Shown: positions 10,061 to 20,658 of the stretch, piece by piece
Numbering within the stretch: the first letter of the stretch is position 1
Layout of the letters: every line of letters begins with the position of its first letter
Assembly (NCBI GenBank): GCA_963662625.1
Contig: OY759726.1
Coordinates: forward strand, 992,001-1,056,000
Length of the DNA stretch: 64,000 nt
Direction: 5' to 3'
From: Nitrosopumilus sp.
Lineage (GTDB): Archaea > Thermoproteota > Nitrososphaeria > Nitrososphaerales > Nitrosopumilaceae
The notes under the pieces: model-generated
The model's database searches: none
Told to the model about the DNA's origin: nothing
Seen by the model: the letters and a program-made list of their open reading frames with translations, nothing else
Program-made: the position numbers and the translations under genes

Positions 10061-10450
10061 ATGATATTTTCCTTTAACAAAAAAAACGCCGTGGCCCTCG
10101 GGACGATATTGCTTTCAACATGCCTTGTCCTTGCATATGCATCTTACATACAACCTGCAACCGAGCCAAACATGCGAATTACTCCCGGCGCCAAAGCCCT
10201 TTCGTATGAAGAGGTACGCACATTTCTAATGACAGATCCAGGATCACAGCTAATAGTGCTGCCCCCCAACAATCCCGACTCTCTTGTGGTGCAGTCAAGC
10301 GGCCACTCTGCGGATTCCGGTTACGTCCTCAAGTCATATCAAAACGGAACAAGAGTATACATCGAGAAATCCCACGATGGGACCATACTAAAAGAGCTCA
10401 AATTCCATGACAAGCAAAGCAAGGAGGTCATAGTCTTCATAAAAGAGTAG
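10061..10450 (+). CDS. Exported or membrane-anchored hypothetical protein (129 aa)
   Basis: N-terminal KK plus hydrophobic stretch; AT-rich ORF. Confidence 0.7.
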   Translation: MIFSFNKKNAVALGTILLSTCLVLAYASYIQPATEPNMRITPGAKALSYEEVRTFLMTDPGSQLIVLPPNNPDSLVVQSSGHSADSGYVLKSYQNGTRVYIEKSHDGTILKELKFHDKQSKEVIVFIKE

Positions 10451-10516
10451 AGCCTCGATTCCAAGTCACTGCAATTTGCGTTACGCTGTAAGTCATGTTG
10501 GCTTTCTTTTTTTAGT

Positions 10517-11200
10517 TTGAAAATTCTTGTTCAAGTACGCGTGCAATTAGTTAGGGGCAAAACAACCCTCATCGTATTTTTGTCCGCAATCATAATATTT
10601 GGGACGTCGTCTCAAATCACTCTTGCTGAAATAAGCCAAGGCCGCGGCGGCTTTCATTCGTTAAAAGAAATTTCAGACAACATAGAGCGGGGGGATCCCA
10701 TCACTTTCCCTAATCCACAACATGTACTTGCTTTGCGACCAAACTCTAACTGGGTCTGCGTTTATTTTGAAACAGCAAGCCATCTGAACTGGGACATGGT
10801 ATTGTATTCAGAACCAGACTCGCCACAAATCACCACTTCTATTTTTTATGGGAACAAGCATCACTACGTCACATACCAGACAAACAAGGAGGCAGTTGGC
10901 TCTGTTAAGCGTAATTCAGACGCAGGTCATGACAGTGACGGCTACATTTTGGAAATATCAATGGTGCCAACGGCACAAGGTGATTTGACAGTGACGGTTC
11001 CCTCCATCGAGTCTGGCATGTTTGAAGATTACTGCGTAAAATTCAATAAAATACCAAACTCTCATTTCTTTATGTATTTGGCTGATGGCCACGAAACGCC
11101 ACATAAAGAAATGAACGTAAACCCAGTTTTCACCACCGTAAAATTACATTACGATCCGGGTACAGAATTAGTTGGGATGGCTCTTGCTTGTCGGATTTAA
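10517..11200 (+). CDS. Exported hypothetical protein (start uncertain)
   Basis: N-terminal hydrophobic helix; beta-rich C-terminal half (GDLTVTVP..FMYLADG) reminiscent of thaumarchaeal surface proteins. Confidence 0.65.
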   Translation: MKILVQVRVQLVRGKTTLIVFLSAIIIFGTSSQITLAEISQGRGGFHSLKEISDNIERGDPITFPNPQHVLALRPNSNWVCVYFETASHLNWDMVLYSEPDSPQITTSIFYGNKHHYVTYQTNKEAVGSVKRNSDAGHDSDGYILEISMVPTAQGDLTVTVPSIESGMFEDYCVKFNKIPNSHFFMYLADGHETPHKEMNVNPVFTTVKLHYDPGTELVGMALACRI

Positions 11201-11394
11201 AGCGCAAGCAACAGTACCCTAAAGTTTGGCGGCGCTTGGAGTGATTCCATTGGGATTGCGTGCGCCCCGATCAAGGAAATCAGGCGATCCAAATTTCGAA
11301 AGTACTGCAGGATCCGCAACTGCAAACAAGCAGATTGGGAGTGGCGTAACGGAAGGCAGGTTGGCAGGCAACGCGGAGCCGCAGAAGGTAGCCT

Positions 11395-11573
11395 TTGGGG
11401 CCGGACGTCCGCAAGAGGACGGTGAGGGTGTCCATGATGGACAGGGACGAGATACGCGGCTGGCAGAGGAGGGCAAGAAGGAAGATCTCGCGCCTGGAAG
11501 GGCAGGGTTTTGCCACCGTAATGATTGACGAGGCGGTTTGCATGCACGACCTGGCGGCCGGGAGGAAGTACCG
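11395..11573 (+). pseudogene. IS630-family transposase fragment
   Basis: WQRRARRKISRLEGQGFATVMIDEA (first DDE aspartate region); near-identical inverted copy of 12275-12394. Confidence 0.7.
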
Positions 11574-11807
11574 TAGTCAACGCCCTATGAAATCGCTCAA
11601 CAATAAGCCGCCAAAACACGCATAGTGGGCGAATCCACGCCCGCCGCCGTACTCAAAAAGGAACCCGTTACGCCCAAAATGAACGGATAGATAATGCATT
11701 GACTATGGCAAACGCCGTGCTGGGACACGAGGCAGGGCGCCCGCGCGGGGGATCTTCCGGTGACCCAGCAGGACATCAAGGACCTGACGACGTTCCACAT
11801 GTTTGAC

Positions 11808-12560
11808 TATAGCAACGCTCAAAAATTCTTGAGCACCAAGGACTTCCTGCTGGTGTACCCCAGAGCGTCCAGGTTGGCGTGAGACGTCCCCAGGCATTCG
11901 GACAGGGTGCGCCCCGCCTCCCCGGACGTCCCGCAATTCCCCGGCACCGGGACGTCGCGCATTGGCCTGCGCCAGTACTCCCCCGTGGCGTCCTGCCCCG
12001 GCGTGGCGGTGGGAAGGTACGCGGCCCCCGTGCCGGGGTTGCGTGGGACGTGTTTTTTCACGGCGCCGGCGGTGCGGGGAGGCGCGCCGTCCTTCATGAC
12101 ATGCACATTCCAGAAGTGATGGCGCGGCCCCTTGGGGCACAGCAGGAACGCGTCCTTGCCGGACCTCTAGCGGGCGTGGAAGTGCCTGCGGCCGCAGCTG
12201 CCGGCGCCCCGTACGCCGCCGCCTTGCGGCGGTTCCCGTTGTATCCCGCGACGATCCGCCCGCCCCTGGGGAACCGGCACTTCCTCCCGGCCGCCCGGTC
12301 GTGCATGCAAACCGCCTCGTCAATCATTACGGTGGCAAAACCCTGCCCTTCCAGGCGCGAGATCTTCCTTCTTGCCCTCCTCTGCCAGCCGCGTGTCCCG
12401 CCCGGGCCGGCCTTGTCGGCGTGGGCGCGCTGCGGCGCCTTGGGGGACAGGCCGACGTTCCCCATGATCCGCCCGGCCGACGGGACGTGGTACGCCACGA
12501 CCCATTTGTAGAGCTCCCACGACTTGGAGCTGCGTATGACGCCGCGGAGCCTCTCCGGGT
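11808..12560 (-). mobile_element. Degenerate IS630-family element (frameshifted transposase)
   Basis: YHV..GRIM..VGLSPK winged-HTH linker, VMIDEA, VMKDGAP, YLPTATPGQDATGEYWR (decayed P..SPELNPIE.W) spread over several frames; right boundary approximate. Confidence 0.75.
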
Positions 12561-12700
12561 GGCGGCGCCTCCCGCGCCGCCCGGCAGAGCAATAGGTTAC
12601 CCCCTACCCACGGGGTCAACCATTGGCGATCCGCCAGAGTAAGAGGTTGCCGCCAGACCCCCGAAGACTTAACAGGGAATGCCCGCCATCTGGTAGTCAG

Positions 12701-13360
12701 ATGATCTCCACGGGGCTGCCAAGACTCGACGAATTCCTGCGCGGCGGCATGCCCGCCGGCGCCATAACCGACATCTTCGGCCCCAACGGGACGGGCAAGA
12801 CGCAGTTCCTCTTCCAGCTGTCGCTGAACGCGGCCAAGGACGGCGGCCGGGTCCTGTACGTGGACACCTCGGGCCGGTTCAGGCCGGAGCGGATATTGGA
12901 GATCCAGGAGGGGGGCTGCCACGCCCCGGGCCCTCTCGACAGGATAACCGTGCTGAGGGTGACAAACACGTCGGAGCAGTCGGGGTCCCTGCGGGCCATC
13001 GACGGCTCCGACTTTGACCTGATCCTGGTCGACAACGTGACGGACCTGTTCTCGTACGAGTACCGGGGAGCCGAGCGGGCATACGAGCGGAACCTGCTGT
13101 TCATGAGGTACATGCACGGCCTTTCGTCGCGCGCGATCGACAGGGGGATCCCGGTCGCCGTCACCAACATGGTGCGGCGCGCCGACGACAGGGAGTTTGA
13201 GAACATGAGGACTGCCGTGGATCCATTCACCCACGTCAAGATCGGCCTGTCCCGCGGCCGCGCGGCATTCTCCGGCAGGGCGGCCTGGCTGCAGAACCGG
13301 CTGGACTTCTCGTACAGGATATCGCCGGGGGGACTGCTCGACGCAGCTGAAGTTATTTAG
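12701..13360 (+). CDS. radB: RadA paralogue (RadB-like RecA-family ATPase)
   Basis: MISTG...LDEFLRGG, Walker A GPNGTGKT, YVDT..FRPERI; no RadA N-terminal domain. Confidence 0.7.
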   Translation: MISTGLPRLDEFLRGGMPAGAITDIFGPNGTGKTQFLFQLSLNAAKDGGRVLYVDTSGRFRPERILEIQEGGCHAPGPLDRITVLRVTNTSEQSGSLRAIDGSDFDLILVDNVTDLFSYEYRGAERAYERNLLFMRYMHGLSSRAIDRGIPVAVTNMVRRADDREFENMRTAVDPFTHVKIGLSRGRAAFSGRAAWLQNRLDFSYRISPGGLLDAAEVI

Positions 13361-13451
13361 CGGCCGGCCGGAACCTCATGGATGGACGGAATATTCGACT
13401 CCATACCGCTGATTACCGTCGTGCTGTTTGCGCTTGGACTCGTTGGCGTGA

Positions 13452-16205
13452 TTGCCTATGAAAAGACAAGAAGGGCCGGGTGAGGAGCAGCCCGGCGCGG
13501 CGGTGGGCAGGCTGTTCGGCAAGTTCGGGTTTGGCTCCATGACCGAGATACAGAAAAAGGCGTCCCCGGCGGTCCTGCAGAAAAAAGACTGCCTGATAAT
13601 CGCGCCTACCGGCTCCGGCAAGACCGAGTGCTCCGTGATCCCGATCTTTTTCCTGGCAAGCAAGTCGAGGCGTCCCGGGAAGATCAAGGCCCTCTACGTC
13701 ACCCCCCTGCGGGCGCTGAACCGGGACGTCTTCCGCAGGATAACTAGGTACGCCGAGCAGAGCGGCCTCGCCATAGAGATCAGGCACGGCGACACGACGC
13801 AGGCGGCGAGGCGAAGGATAACCGAGAACCCCCCGGACGTACTGATCACCACGCCGGAGACCCTGGTCATACTGCTTACCCAGCCGAAGGTCCTCGCCGC
13901 GCTGTCCGACCTGGAGTGGATAATAGTCGACGAGGTGCACGAGCTGCTCTCAAGCGAGAGGGGCGCCCAGCTGTCCCTGAGCCTAGAGCGGCTGCAGCTC
14001 AACTCGAGGTTCCCGCTGACCCGGGTGGGCCTGTCTGCCACCGTGGGGAACTTCCAGGAGGCCGGCAAGTTCGTGGCGGGGACAAAGCGCAGGTGCCAGG
14101 TGATCCGGGACACCTCCGTACGGAAGTACGACGTGGAGGTGCGGTACGTGGACGGGACGATCTCCGACGTGGCCGACAAGATAGTCGGGTACGTGTCCGA
14201 TCTGGGCCTGGAGTCGCCGATCCTGCTCTTCACGAACACCAGGGGGGAGTCGGAGTTCCTGGCGTCGGTCCTCAGGGAAAAGTCCAGCGTCCCGGTGGAA
14301 CTGCACCACGGCTCGCTGTCCAGGGAGGCGCGGGAGGAGGCCGAGGAATGCCTCCGGGAGGGCCGGCCCGGGATAGTGGTCTGCACCTCGTCGCTCGAGC
14401 TGGGGCTGGACATAGGCTCGGTGGAGCTGGTGATCCATTACGGCTCCCCCCGGCAGGTGTCAAAGCTGATCCAGCGGATAGGCAGGAGCAGGCACAACCG
14501 CGACGCGTCGGCGCGCGGCCTGATAATCACGAACAACCCCGACGACGAGTTCGAGGCGAGGGCCATCCTGGACAGGATATCCGAGGGCTCCATCGAGGAC
14601 CAGAAGATACACGACGGCTCGCTCGACGTGCTGGCGCACCACCTGGTGGGCCTGGCTATGCAGAGGGGCGAGATCCCGGTGGAGGCAGCCATGGAGACCG
14701 TCACGCAGGCGTACCCGTTCCGGGGCCTGGGGCTGGCCGACCTGGTGGGGGTGCTGGAGCTGCTCGACTCGAACTACCTCGTGTTCTTTGACAGGAAGAA
14801 CATGGCCTTCCGGAAGAAGGCCCGCTCGTTCAAGTATTACTTTGAGAACCTCTCCACGATCCCTGACATACTGAAGTTCAAGGTGTTTGACAGCGTCGGC
14901 AAGAGGATCATCGGGACCCTGGACCAGAGGTTCGTGGGGGACTTTGGGGACTCTGGCAACATCTTCGTGCTGAAGGGCTCCCAGTGGCGCATACTCAACG
15001 TGGACGAAAAGTCCCTGGCGGTGAACGTCGAGCCGTTCCGGGGCGGCGGAATCACCGTCCCGTACTGGGAGGGCGAGAGCATACCCATCGACTACCGCAC
15101 CGCGAGCAGGGTGGGGTCGTTCCGCGCCATGGTCAGGCGCGGCTCCCTGGAGCTGGCCAACAAGACCATAGAGGGGCTGGACTTTGAGCAGATCCCCGAC
15201 GGGGGGAACATCGTGGTGGAGTCGAGCCGGGTACAGGGGTCCGTGGTGGCCCATTCCTGCCTCGGCACCAGGATCAACGCCACGCTGTCCACCCTGCTCT
15301 CCTCCATGATCTCCTCCGTGCTGGGATCGGTGGTGGACACGCGCTCTGACGGCTACAGGATAGTCCTGTCCTCGCGGTCCCGCATATCCGAGCGCGTGTT
15401 CCTCGAGGTCCTGACCGACGAGTACGACCTGTCCTCCGTGGTGACGGCCTCGCTTGCGGGGACCCACAACGTGAACTGGAGGACGTGGTGCGTCGCAAAG
15501 AAGTTCGGCATCGTGGGCCGCGGCGCGGTCTACGAGAAAAAGTCGGCGCGGTTCCTGTACGAGCGGTACGTGGGGACCCCGCTGGTGGAGGAGGCGCTGA
15601 GGGAGCTGTTCCATGACAAGTACGACCTGCCCGGCACCGGCAGGATCCTGGAGAGGATCAGGGACGGCGAGATACGCGTGCGGTGGGTGGAGGTGGACAA
15701 GTTCTCGAGGCTGGCGGAGCCCGTCCTGGACCACACCGCAAAGTACTACTCGTCACCGGCAAACCTTGACCAGGGGATACTCGACCTGGTCAGGTCCAGG
15801 CTGTACAAGACCAAGCACCGCCTGGTCTGCGCGAGGTGCGGGGGATGGGAGCGGGTGGTGGAGACGCGGGAGGTGGAGGGCCCCCTGTCCTGCCCCAGGT
15901 GCAGGGCGCGCCAGATCACGGCGACCTTCTACTCGGACTACGACCTGCCGAAGATAATACGCAAGAAGGCGCAGGGGGGGAGGCTCACCGGGGAGGAGAG
16001 GCACAAGTACGACCGCGCCTGGAAGGTCTCCTCGCTGGTCGAGAACTTCGGGAAGACGGCGATAGTGGTGATGTCCGGCTACGGGGTGGGAGCCGACACC
16101 GCGGCCCGGATACTCCGCAACATGGTCGACGAGGAGCACCTCTTCAGGCAGATCTACGAGGCGGAGAGGCAGTACGTGGTGACCAGGGGGTTCTGGGACT
16201 CTTAG
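13452..16205 (+). CDS. Lhr-like DEAD/DEAH-box helicase with C-terminal Zn finger
   Basis: APTGSGKT, TPLRALNRD, DEVH, SAT, HHGSLS, SSLELGLDIG, QRIGRS, CxxC..CxxC. Confidence 0.9.
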   Translation: MPMKRQEGPGEEQPGAAVGRLFGKFGFGSMTEIQKKASPAVLQKKDCLIIAPTGSGKTECSVIPIFFLASKSRRPGKIKALYVTPLRALNRDVFRRITRYAEQSGLAIEIRHGDTTQAARRRITENPPDVLITTPETLVILLTQPKVLAALSDLEWIIVDEVHELLSSERGAQLSLSLERLQLNSRFPLTRVGLSATVGNFQEAGKFVAGTKRRCQVIRDTSVRKYDVEVRYVDGTISDVADKIVGYVSDLGLESPILLFTNTRGESEFLASVLREKSSVPVELHHGSLSREAREEAEECLREGRPGIVVCTSSLELGLDIGSVELVIHYGSPRQVSKLIQRIGRSRHNRDASARGLIITNNPDDEFEARAILDRISEGSIEDQKIHDGSLDVLAHHLVGLAMQRGEIPVEAAMETVTQAYPFRGLGLADLVGVLELLDSNYLVFFDRKNMAFRKKARSFKYYFENLSTIPDILKFKVFDSVGKRIIGTLDQRFVGDFGDSGNIFVLKGSQWRILNVDEKSLAVNVEPFRGGGITVPYWEGESIPIDYRTASRVGSFRAMVRRGSLELANKTIEGLDFEQIPDGGNIVVESSRVQGSVVAHSCLGTRINATLSTLLSSMISSVLGSVVDTRSDGYRIVLSSRSRISERVFLEVLTDEYDLSSVVTASLAGTHNVNWRTWCVAKKFGIVGRGAVYEKKSARFLYERYVGTPLVEEALRELFHDKYDLPGTGRILERIRDGEIRVRWVEVDKFSRLAEPVLDHTAKYYSSPANLDQGILDLVRSRLYKTKHRLVCARCGGWERVVETREVEGPLSCPRCRARQITATFYSDYDLPKIIRKKAQGGRLTGEERHKYDRAWKVSSLVENFGKTAIVVMSGYGVGADTAARILRNMVDEEHLFRQIYEAERQYVVTRGFWDS

Positions 16206-17599
16206 CTCTTCTTCGCGACCTTTGAGAACGGGGTGACGAACAGCTCGGTCCTTCCCTCCAGGCCCGGCTTTGCCGCCAGCCCGGTGATCGAGACCACGTC
16301 CCCCAGCTGGCAGCCGTCGATCACCCTGCCCTGGTTCCGCCACCCCTTTACCCATATCTGGCCCGTGTCGTCCTCGACGAACACCTCCGAGAGCGCCACC
16401 GACTCCCCTGCCTTCGTCTGCACGTCCCGCCTGTCCGGGCCCTTGAGGACTATCGCCTCGATGCAGTAGCTGCCGTCCGGCTTTACGTCGTTGATCTTCG
16501 TCCGGATGCCGGGCAGGTCGGGTATGGAGCCGTCCTCGTCAAGCTTCCTTACAAACGAGTCGCCGCCCAGCGTGACCCGCTGCCCGTAAACCTTTGAAGG
16601 CATGCACTCCACGATGTCCCCCTCCCCGCACGCCGCGGTGGCGCCTGACAGGTCCGTGATGTCGTAGACGTTCTTCTTCCTGTCCACGGCCTGGACGAGC
16701 CTCTTGCCGTCCCCGGCGTCGGAGGCGGATATGATCCTGCCTATGATCGGCTCCGTCACCTTGCTCCCCTCGATCTCGATTATGGTGCCCTCGTTGCCGT
16801 GGATCTCGATCCCCTGGTTGCCCTGCCTCACGCTGGCGCCGAGCAGCCTGATCTTGGCCCCCTGGTAGACCACGGTCGGGATGTCCGACTCGTCCTTTCC
16901 CCAGATCACGACCCGGATCGACGTGCCGTCCTTGCCCCTTATGCCGGTCCTGATCGCGGTCCCCGGCGACCCGTCCTTGCGCGAGAACTGCATGCAGCTG
17001 ATCCCGCCGTCGACGGTGCCCGAGACTGCGAAGTTCTTGTCCCCCTCCCTGACCTCGCCGGCGTCCTTCGTTATGGAGTCTATGCCAGGTATGTCGCTCT
17101 GGCCGTCCGACGACTCGATGCTGGAGCCCGAACCCACGTTGATGGTGGGCGTGCCGGTAAGGTCCGACTTTACGTACGCCTTGATGATCTTGATCAGGTC
17201 CCCGGGCTTGAGGCCCTCCAGGGACGGCAGGTTGGCCTTCTCGTCCCAGAGCTTGACGCTGGCGGTGGACTTTGAGTCATACACCGTCATGGTCCTCAGG
17301 AAGAACGGCGACCCGTCCTTGCGAGAGAACTGCCTCGGCTGGGAGATGCTGAGCACCCTCGACTCCAGGGAGACCTCCCTTGCCCCCGAATAGATGTCCT
17401 CCAGGCTCATCCCGGTCTTGATCGGCTCCGATATGCTGACCCCCATGTCAGAGGCGATCAGGAACAGCGCGCCCTGGTCCGTCAGGTAGCCGGCGCCTAT
17501 CTTCTCCTTCTTCTGCCTGACCTGCTCCTCTATGCCCTCCCTGGTGAGCCCGGGCTTTTGCTCCAGCAGCTTTCCCAGCAGGTCTTCGTATTCCTGCAA
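16202..17599 (-). CDS. Multi-OB-fold ssDNA-binding protein (RPA-like)
   Basis: Repeated OB folds (FSRKDGS twice; VEDDTGQIWVKGW). Confidence 0.85.
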   Translation of the reverse strand: MQEYEDLLGKLLEQKPGLTREGIEEQVRQKKEKIGAGYLTDQGALFLIASDMGVSISEPIKTGMSLEDIYSGAREVSLESRVLSISQPRQFSRKDGSPFFLRTMTVYDSKSTASVKLWDEKANLPSLEGLKPGDLIKIIKAYVKSDLTGTPTINVGSGSSIESSDGQSDIPGIDSITKDAGEVREGDKNFAVSGTVDGGISCMQFSRKDGSPGTAIRTGIRGKDGTSIRVVIWGKDESDIPTVVYQGAKIRLLGASVRQGNQGIEIHGNEGTIIEIEGSKVTEPIIGRIISASDAGDGKRLVQAVDRKKNVYDITDLSGATAACGEGDIVECMPSKVYGQRVTLGGDSFVRKLDEDGSIPDLPGIRTKINDVKPDGSYCIEAIVLKGPDRRDVQTKAGESVALSEVFVEDDTGQIWVKGWRNQGRVIDGCQLGDVVSITGLAAKPGLEGRTELFVTPFSKVAKKS

Positions 17600-17741
17600 T
17601 CCAACGACCCTATGCCGGCTGTATTAATAAGAATTTCACCGAGGCCCGGCGGCCGCGGCGATCGGGGGCGCCCGGCCGCGGCGGATCGCGGGATTCCATG
17701 CAAACAGTCTAATTGACTGCCCGGCAAGATCGCACAGACCC

Positions 17742-18680
17742 ATGTCCTGCATCAGCGCGGCAAACCTCGCAAAGTCGTACGGCGACCTCAGGGCGGTGGA
17801 CGGCATGGATCTGTCCGTGAGGCCCGGCAGGGTCTTTGGCTTCCTGGGCCCGAACGGGGCGGGAAAGTCCACCACCATCAAGCTCCTGACCACGCTGGTG
17901 CCGCCGTCCGCGGGCTCCCTGACCGTCCTGGGGGTGGACGCGCTGGCAGACCCGCTCCGGGTCCGCCACCGGATCGGCGTCGTGCTCCAGCAGCCAAGCT
18001 ACGAGCCCACGCTCTCCGTCGAGAAGTCCCTTGACAAGTACGGCATGATGTGGGACGTGCCGAGGGCGGAGCGGCGGAGGCGCCTGGAGGGGCTGCTCGT
18101 GGACTTTGACCTGGCAGAGATCAGGAAGAAGAGGAACGAGGACCTCTCCATCGGGCAGAGGAGGCGCGTCCAGGTGGCCCGTGAATTCATGCACGACATG
18201 GACCTGCTGTTCCTCGACGAGCCCACGGTGGGGCTGGACCCTGCCGCCAGGCGGAGGCTGCTGGACTACCTGAAGGCCAGGGTGAGGACCGGGCTGACGA
18301 TCTTCTACACCACCCACATACTGACCGAGGCGGAGTACCTCTGCGACGAGATCGCGATCATCGACAGGGGGAGGATACTCACGGTCGACACCCCGGACGG
18401 GCTGAAGAGGAGGTTCGGGAAGGAAAAGACCATAAGGATATCCCTGCTCGGAAGGCACCCGCGGGCGGGCCCCCTCCTGTCGGGGACCGAGGGCTGCAGG
18501 GTAGGCGACGGCGACTGCACGGACATCACGATCCGCTCCGAGCGGTCGGAGCTCGTGCTGCAGAGGGTCCTGCGGATCCTGGGCGACGCCGGGATCGGGA
18601 TCGAGGGAATCTCCGCGGTCCCCACGAACCTCGAGGACATATTTCTCAAGATGGTGAGGGACAATGCACCCGATAATTAG
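17742..18680 (+). CDS. ABC transporter ATP-binding protein (DrrA-like)
   Basis: GPNGAGKST, LSIGQRRR, LFLDEPTVGLD, TTH. Confidence 0.92.
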   Translation: MSCISAANLAKSYGDLRAVDGMDLSVRPGRVFGFLGPNGAGKSTTIKLLTTLVPPSAGSLTVLGVDALADPLRVRHRIGVVLQQPSYEPTLSVEKSLDKYGMMWDVPRAERRRRLEGLLVDFDLAEIRKKRNEDLSIGQRRRVQVAREFMHDMDLLFLDEPTVGLDPAARRRLLDYLKARVRTGLTIFYTTHILTEAEYLCDEIAIIDRGRILTVDTPDGLKRRFGKEKTIRISLLGRHPRAGPLLSGTEGCRVGDGDCTDITIRSERSELVLQRVLRILGDAGIGIEGISAVPTNLEDIFLKMVRDNAPDN

Positions 18681-19425
18681 GCTCGTAAACAGGAACATAA
18701 CGATATCGCTCAACCCCGGGTTCCTGATATGGCAGGTGATCTTCCCGCTGATCTACATCTTCGTGGCCGGGTTCGCATACACCTCGCTGATCCAGAACGT
18801 CCCCTTCGGGGGCAAGGATCTGGACTACCCGGCGTTCCTGGCGTCTGGGATGATCGGGTTCAACATCATGAACAGCACCCTCGTCTCCGGGATAATAATC
18901 TGGAACGACAGGCGGCACGGCATGTTCGAGCAGATCATGTCGGGGCCGTTCACCCGGGCGCACTACGTCCTGAGCAACATCTGCACCATCGGGATCGTGG
19001 GGATGGTCAGCGCGTCGCTGATCGTGCTCGTGGGGTACCCGGTGTTCTTCGAGTCGGCCGAGTTCTCGCTGGTAACCGTCCCGCTGATCGTCTTTGCGGC
19101 AATCACGGGATCTGTCCTGTTCGGCTCCATCGCCTCGATAATATCCACGCGCCTGCGCTCAAGCGAGGGGTTCAACGTGATCATCAACACCGTGTTCCTC
19201 TTCTTTGCATTTGTCAGCACAGCGTTCTACCCTGCCGAGGGAGCGCCCGAGCCGCTGCGGACGGCGTTCTTCCTCAACCCGCTGACCTACCTGGTCGACG
19301 TGATCCGCGCGGGGGTGTTCGGGGCCGTCACGGGGTTCGTGGTGGTCGAGATGCTGGTGCTCGCGGCGCTTGCCGCCGTGCTGTTCGTGGTGGCGACCCG
19401 GCTCCTGACGAGGCTGGACTTTTGA
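18664..19425 (+). CDS. ABC-2 type transporter permease
   Basis: Six hydrophobic helices, NPLTYLVD motif; overlaps the ATPase gene. Confidence 0.9.
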   Translation: MHPIIRLVNRNITISLNPGFLIWQVIFPLIYIFVAGFAYTSLIQNVPFGGKDLDYPAFLASGMIGFNIMNSTLVSGIIIWNDRRHGMFEQIMSGPFTRAHYVLSNICTIGIVGMVSASLIVLVGYPVFFESAEFSLVTVPLIVFAAITGSVLFGSIASIISTRLRSSEGFNVIINTVFLFFAFVSTAFYPAEGAPEPLRTAFFLNPLTYLVDVIRAGVFGAVTGFVVVEMLVLAALAAVLFVVATRLLTRLDF

Positions 19426-19426
19426 G

Positions 19427-19499
19427 TAGCCCGGCCCAGACTCGAACTGGGGTCAAGGGCTCCAAAGGCCCCCATGCTTGGCCGCTACACTACCGGGCT
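19427..19499 (-). tRNA. tRNA-Gln(TTG)
   Basis: Reverse strand AGCCCGG..CCGGGCT-A; anticodon arm GGGGC-CTTTGGA-GCCCT; T arm CCCAG-TTCGAGT-CTGGG. Confidence 0.93.
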
Positions 19500-19576
19500 A
19501 CACAGACGGGAACTCCGCCTTCCTTAATGACGATTGCTATTGCCTGGGGGCCCCCGGGCGAAACGGCGCCGGCCGG

Positions 19577-20599
19577 TCACCCCATGGCCTTCTGCAGGAC
19601 GGGGAACGGGTCCCGCATCGCGCCAAGCAGTTTTTTCGCGCGCCTCGCCTGCGCCGCGTTTCCGGCTGCGGCGAGCCGCTCCACCACCGCGGGGATCCTC
19701 GCGGGATCCCGCTCCTCGACGACCAGCCCCTTCCCCTTCAGGAACGCGTCGACCTCGTAGTCCCGGCGGCCGTTGTATGATATCGTGGGGATGCCCAGGA
19801 ACGCGGCCTCGGCAGTCATCGTGCCGCCGGAGCCGACGAACACGTCGGCGTGCCTGAGTACGTCCATGCCGTCGGCCACCCCCCGCAAGACCCTGACCCT
19901 CCCGCCAAACCGCCCCTTGAGGAACCTTATCTGGTCCTCGTACCTTGCCATGACCACCACAGCGCACCCCGGCAGGCGCCTCAGGATCTGCCCTATGATC
20001 GCGGCCATCCCGGAGTCTGGAAACTCGTTGTAGCTTGCGTGCGCCTCGGCCGTCCTTATCACGACGGTCAGGCGCCCCCTTCGCAGCCTGAGCCGCCTCG
20101 AGAAGCTGCGCTGGGATGTCAGCCCCGCGTCTATCGCCCTGTACTTCAGGATGTCCCCCTCCGGGATCCCGTACCTCGCAAAGTCGCCCTTCTTCATTAT
20201 CCACGGGATCAGCAGCTTGTCCAGGTACGGGACGGTCAGCTTCATGACGGCCGTGGCGTGGGCAGAGTCGGAAAAGCCCACGTGCCTGATCCCCATCCCG
20301 AACGCGACCCTGGCGGCCTCGGGCGACTGGAACGATATGGCGAGATCCGGCCCGAACCCGTGGACAGTCCTGGCCAGCCCCTCGACGCGCCTTGCGCTGC
20401 AGACCAGCTTTGACAGGCTCCCAGCCCCCCCGTGCCTTCCCACCCGCACCGTCTTGATCCCACGGATCCTGGCCAGCCCGTCCAGCTCCCTGTAGCGCCT
20501 TGACGTGCACAGGACGGCGTTCTCCCCCCCCAGCTTCCTGATTATCGGCTCGGCGAAGAGGAGCTGCTTTCCAGTAAGAACGTCCAGCCATATCCTCAA
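19577..20599 (-). CDS. DUF354 family GT-B fold protein
   Basis: RIWLDVLTGKQ..F, SPEAARVAFG, GSGGTMTAEAAFLGIPTIS; TTG start at 20599. Confidence 0.85.
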   Translation of the reverse strand: MRIWLDVLTGKQLLFAEPIIRKLGGENAVLCTSRRYRELDGLARIRGIKTVRVGRHGGAGSLSKLVCSARRVEGLARTVHGFGPDLAISFQSPEAARVAFGMGIRHVGFSDSAHATAVMKLTVPYLDKLLIPWIMKKGDFARYGIPEGDILKYRAIDAGLTSQRSFSRRLRLRRGRLTVVIRTAEAHASYNEFPDSGMAAIIGQILRRLPGCAVVVMARYEDQIRFLKGRFGGRVRVLRGVADGMDVLRHADVFVGSGGTMTAEAAFLGIPTISYNGRRDYEVDAFLKGKGLVVEERDPARIPAVVERLAAAGNAAQARRAKKLLGAMRDPFPVLQKAMG

Positions 20600-20658
20600 G
20601 CGTTTCTCGTGGGCCTGCGAGTTCAATAAGTTTTTAGTCCGATTTACTAAATAGTTGT

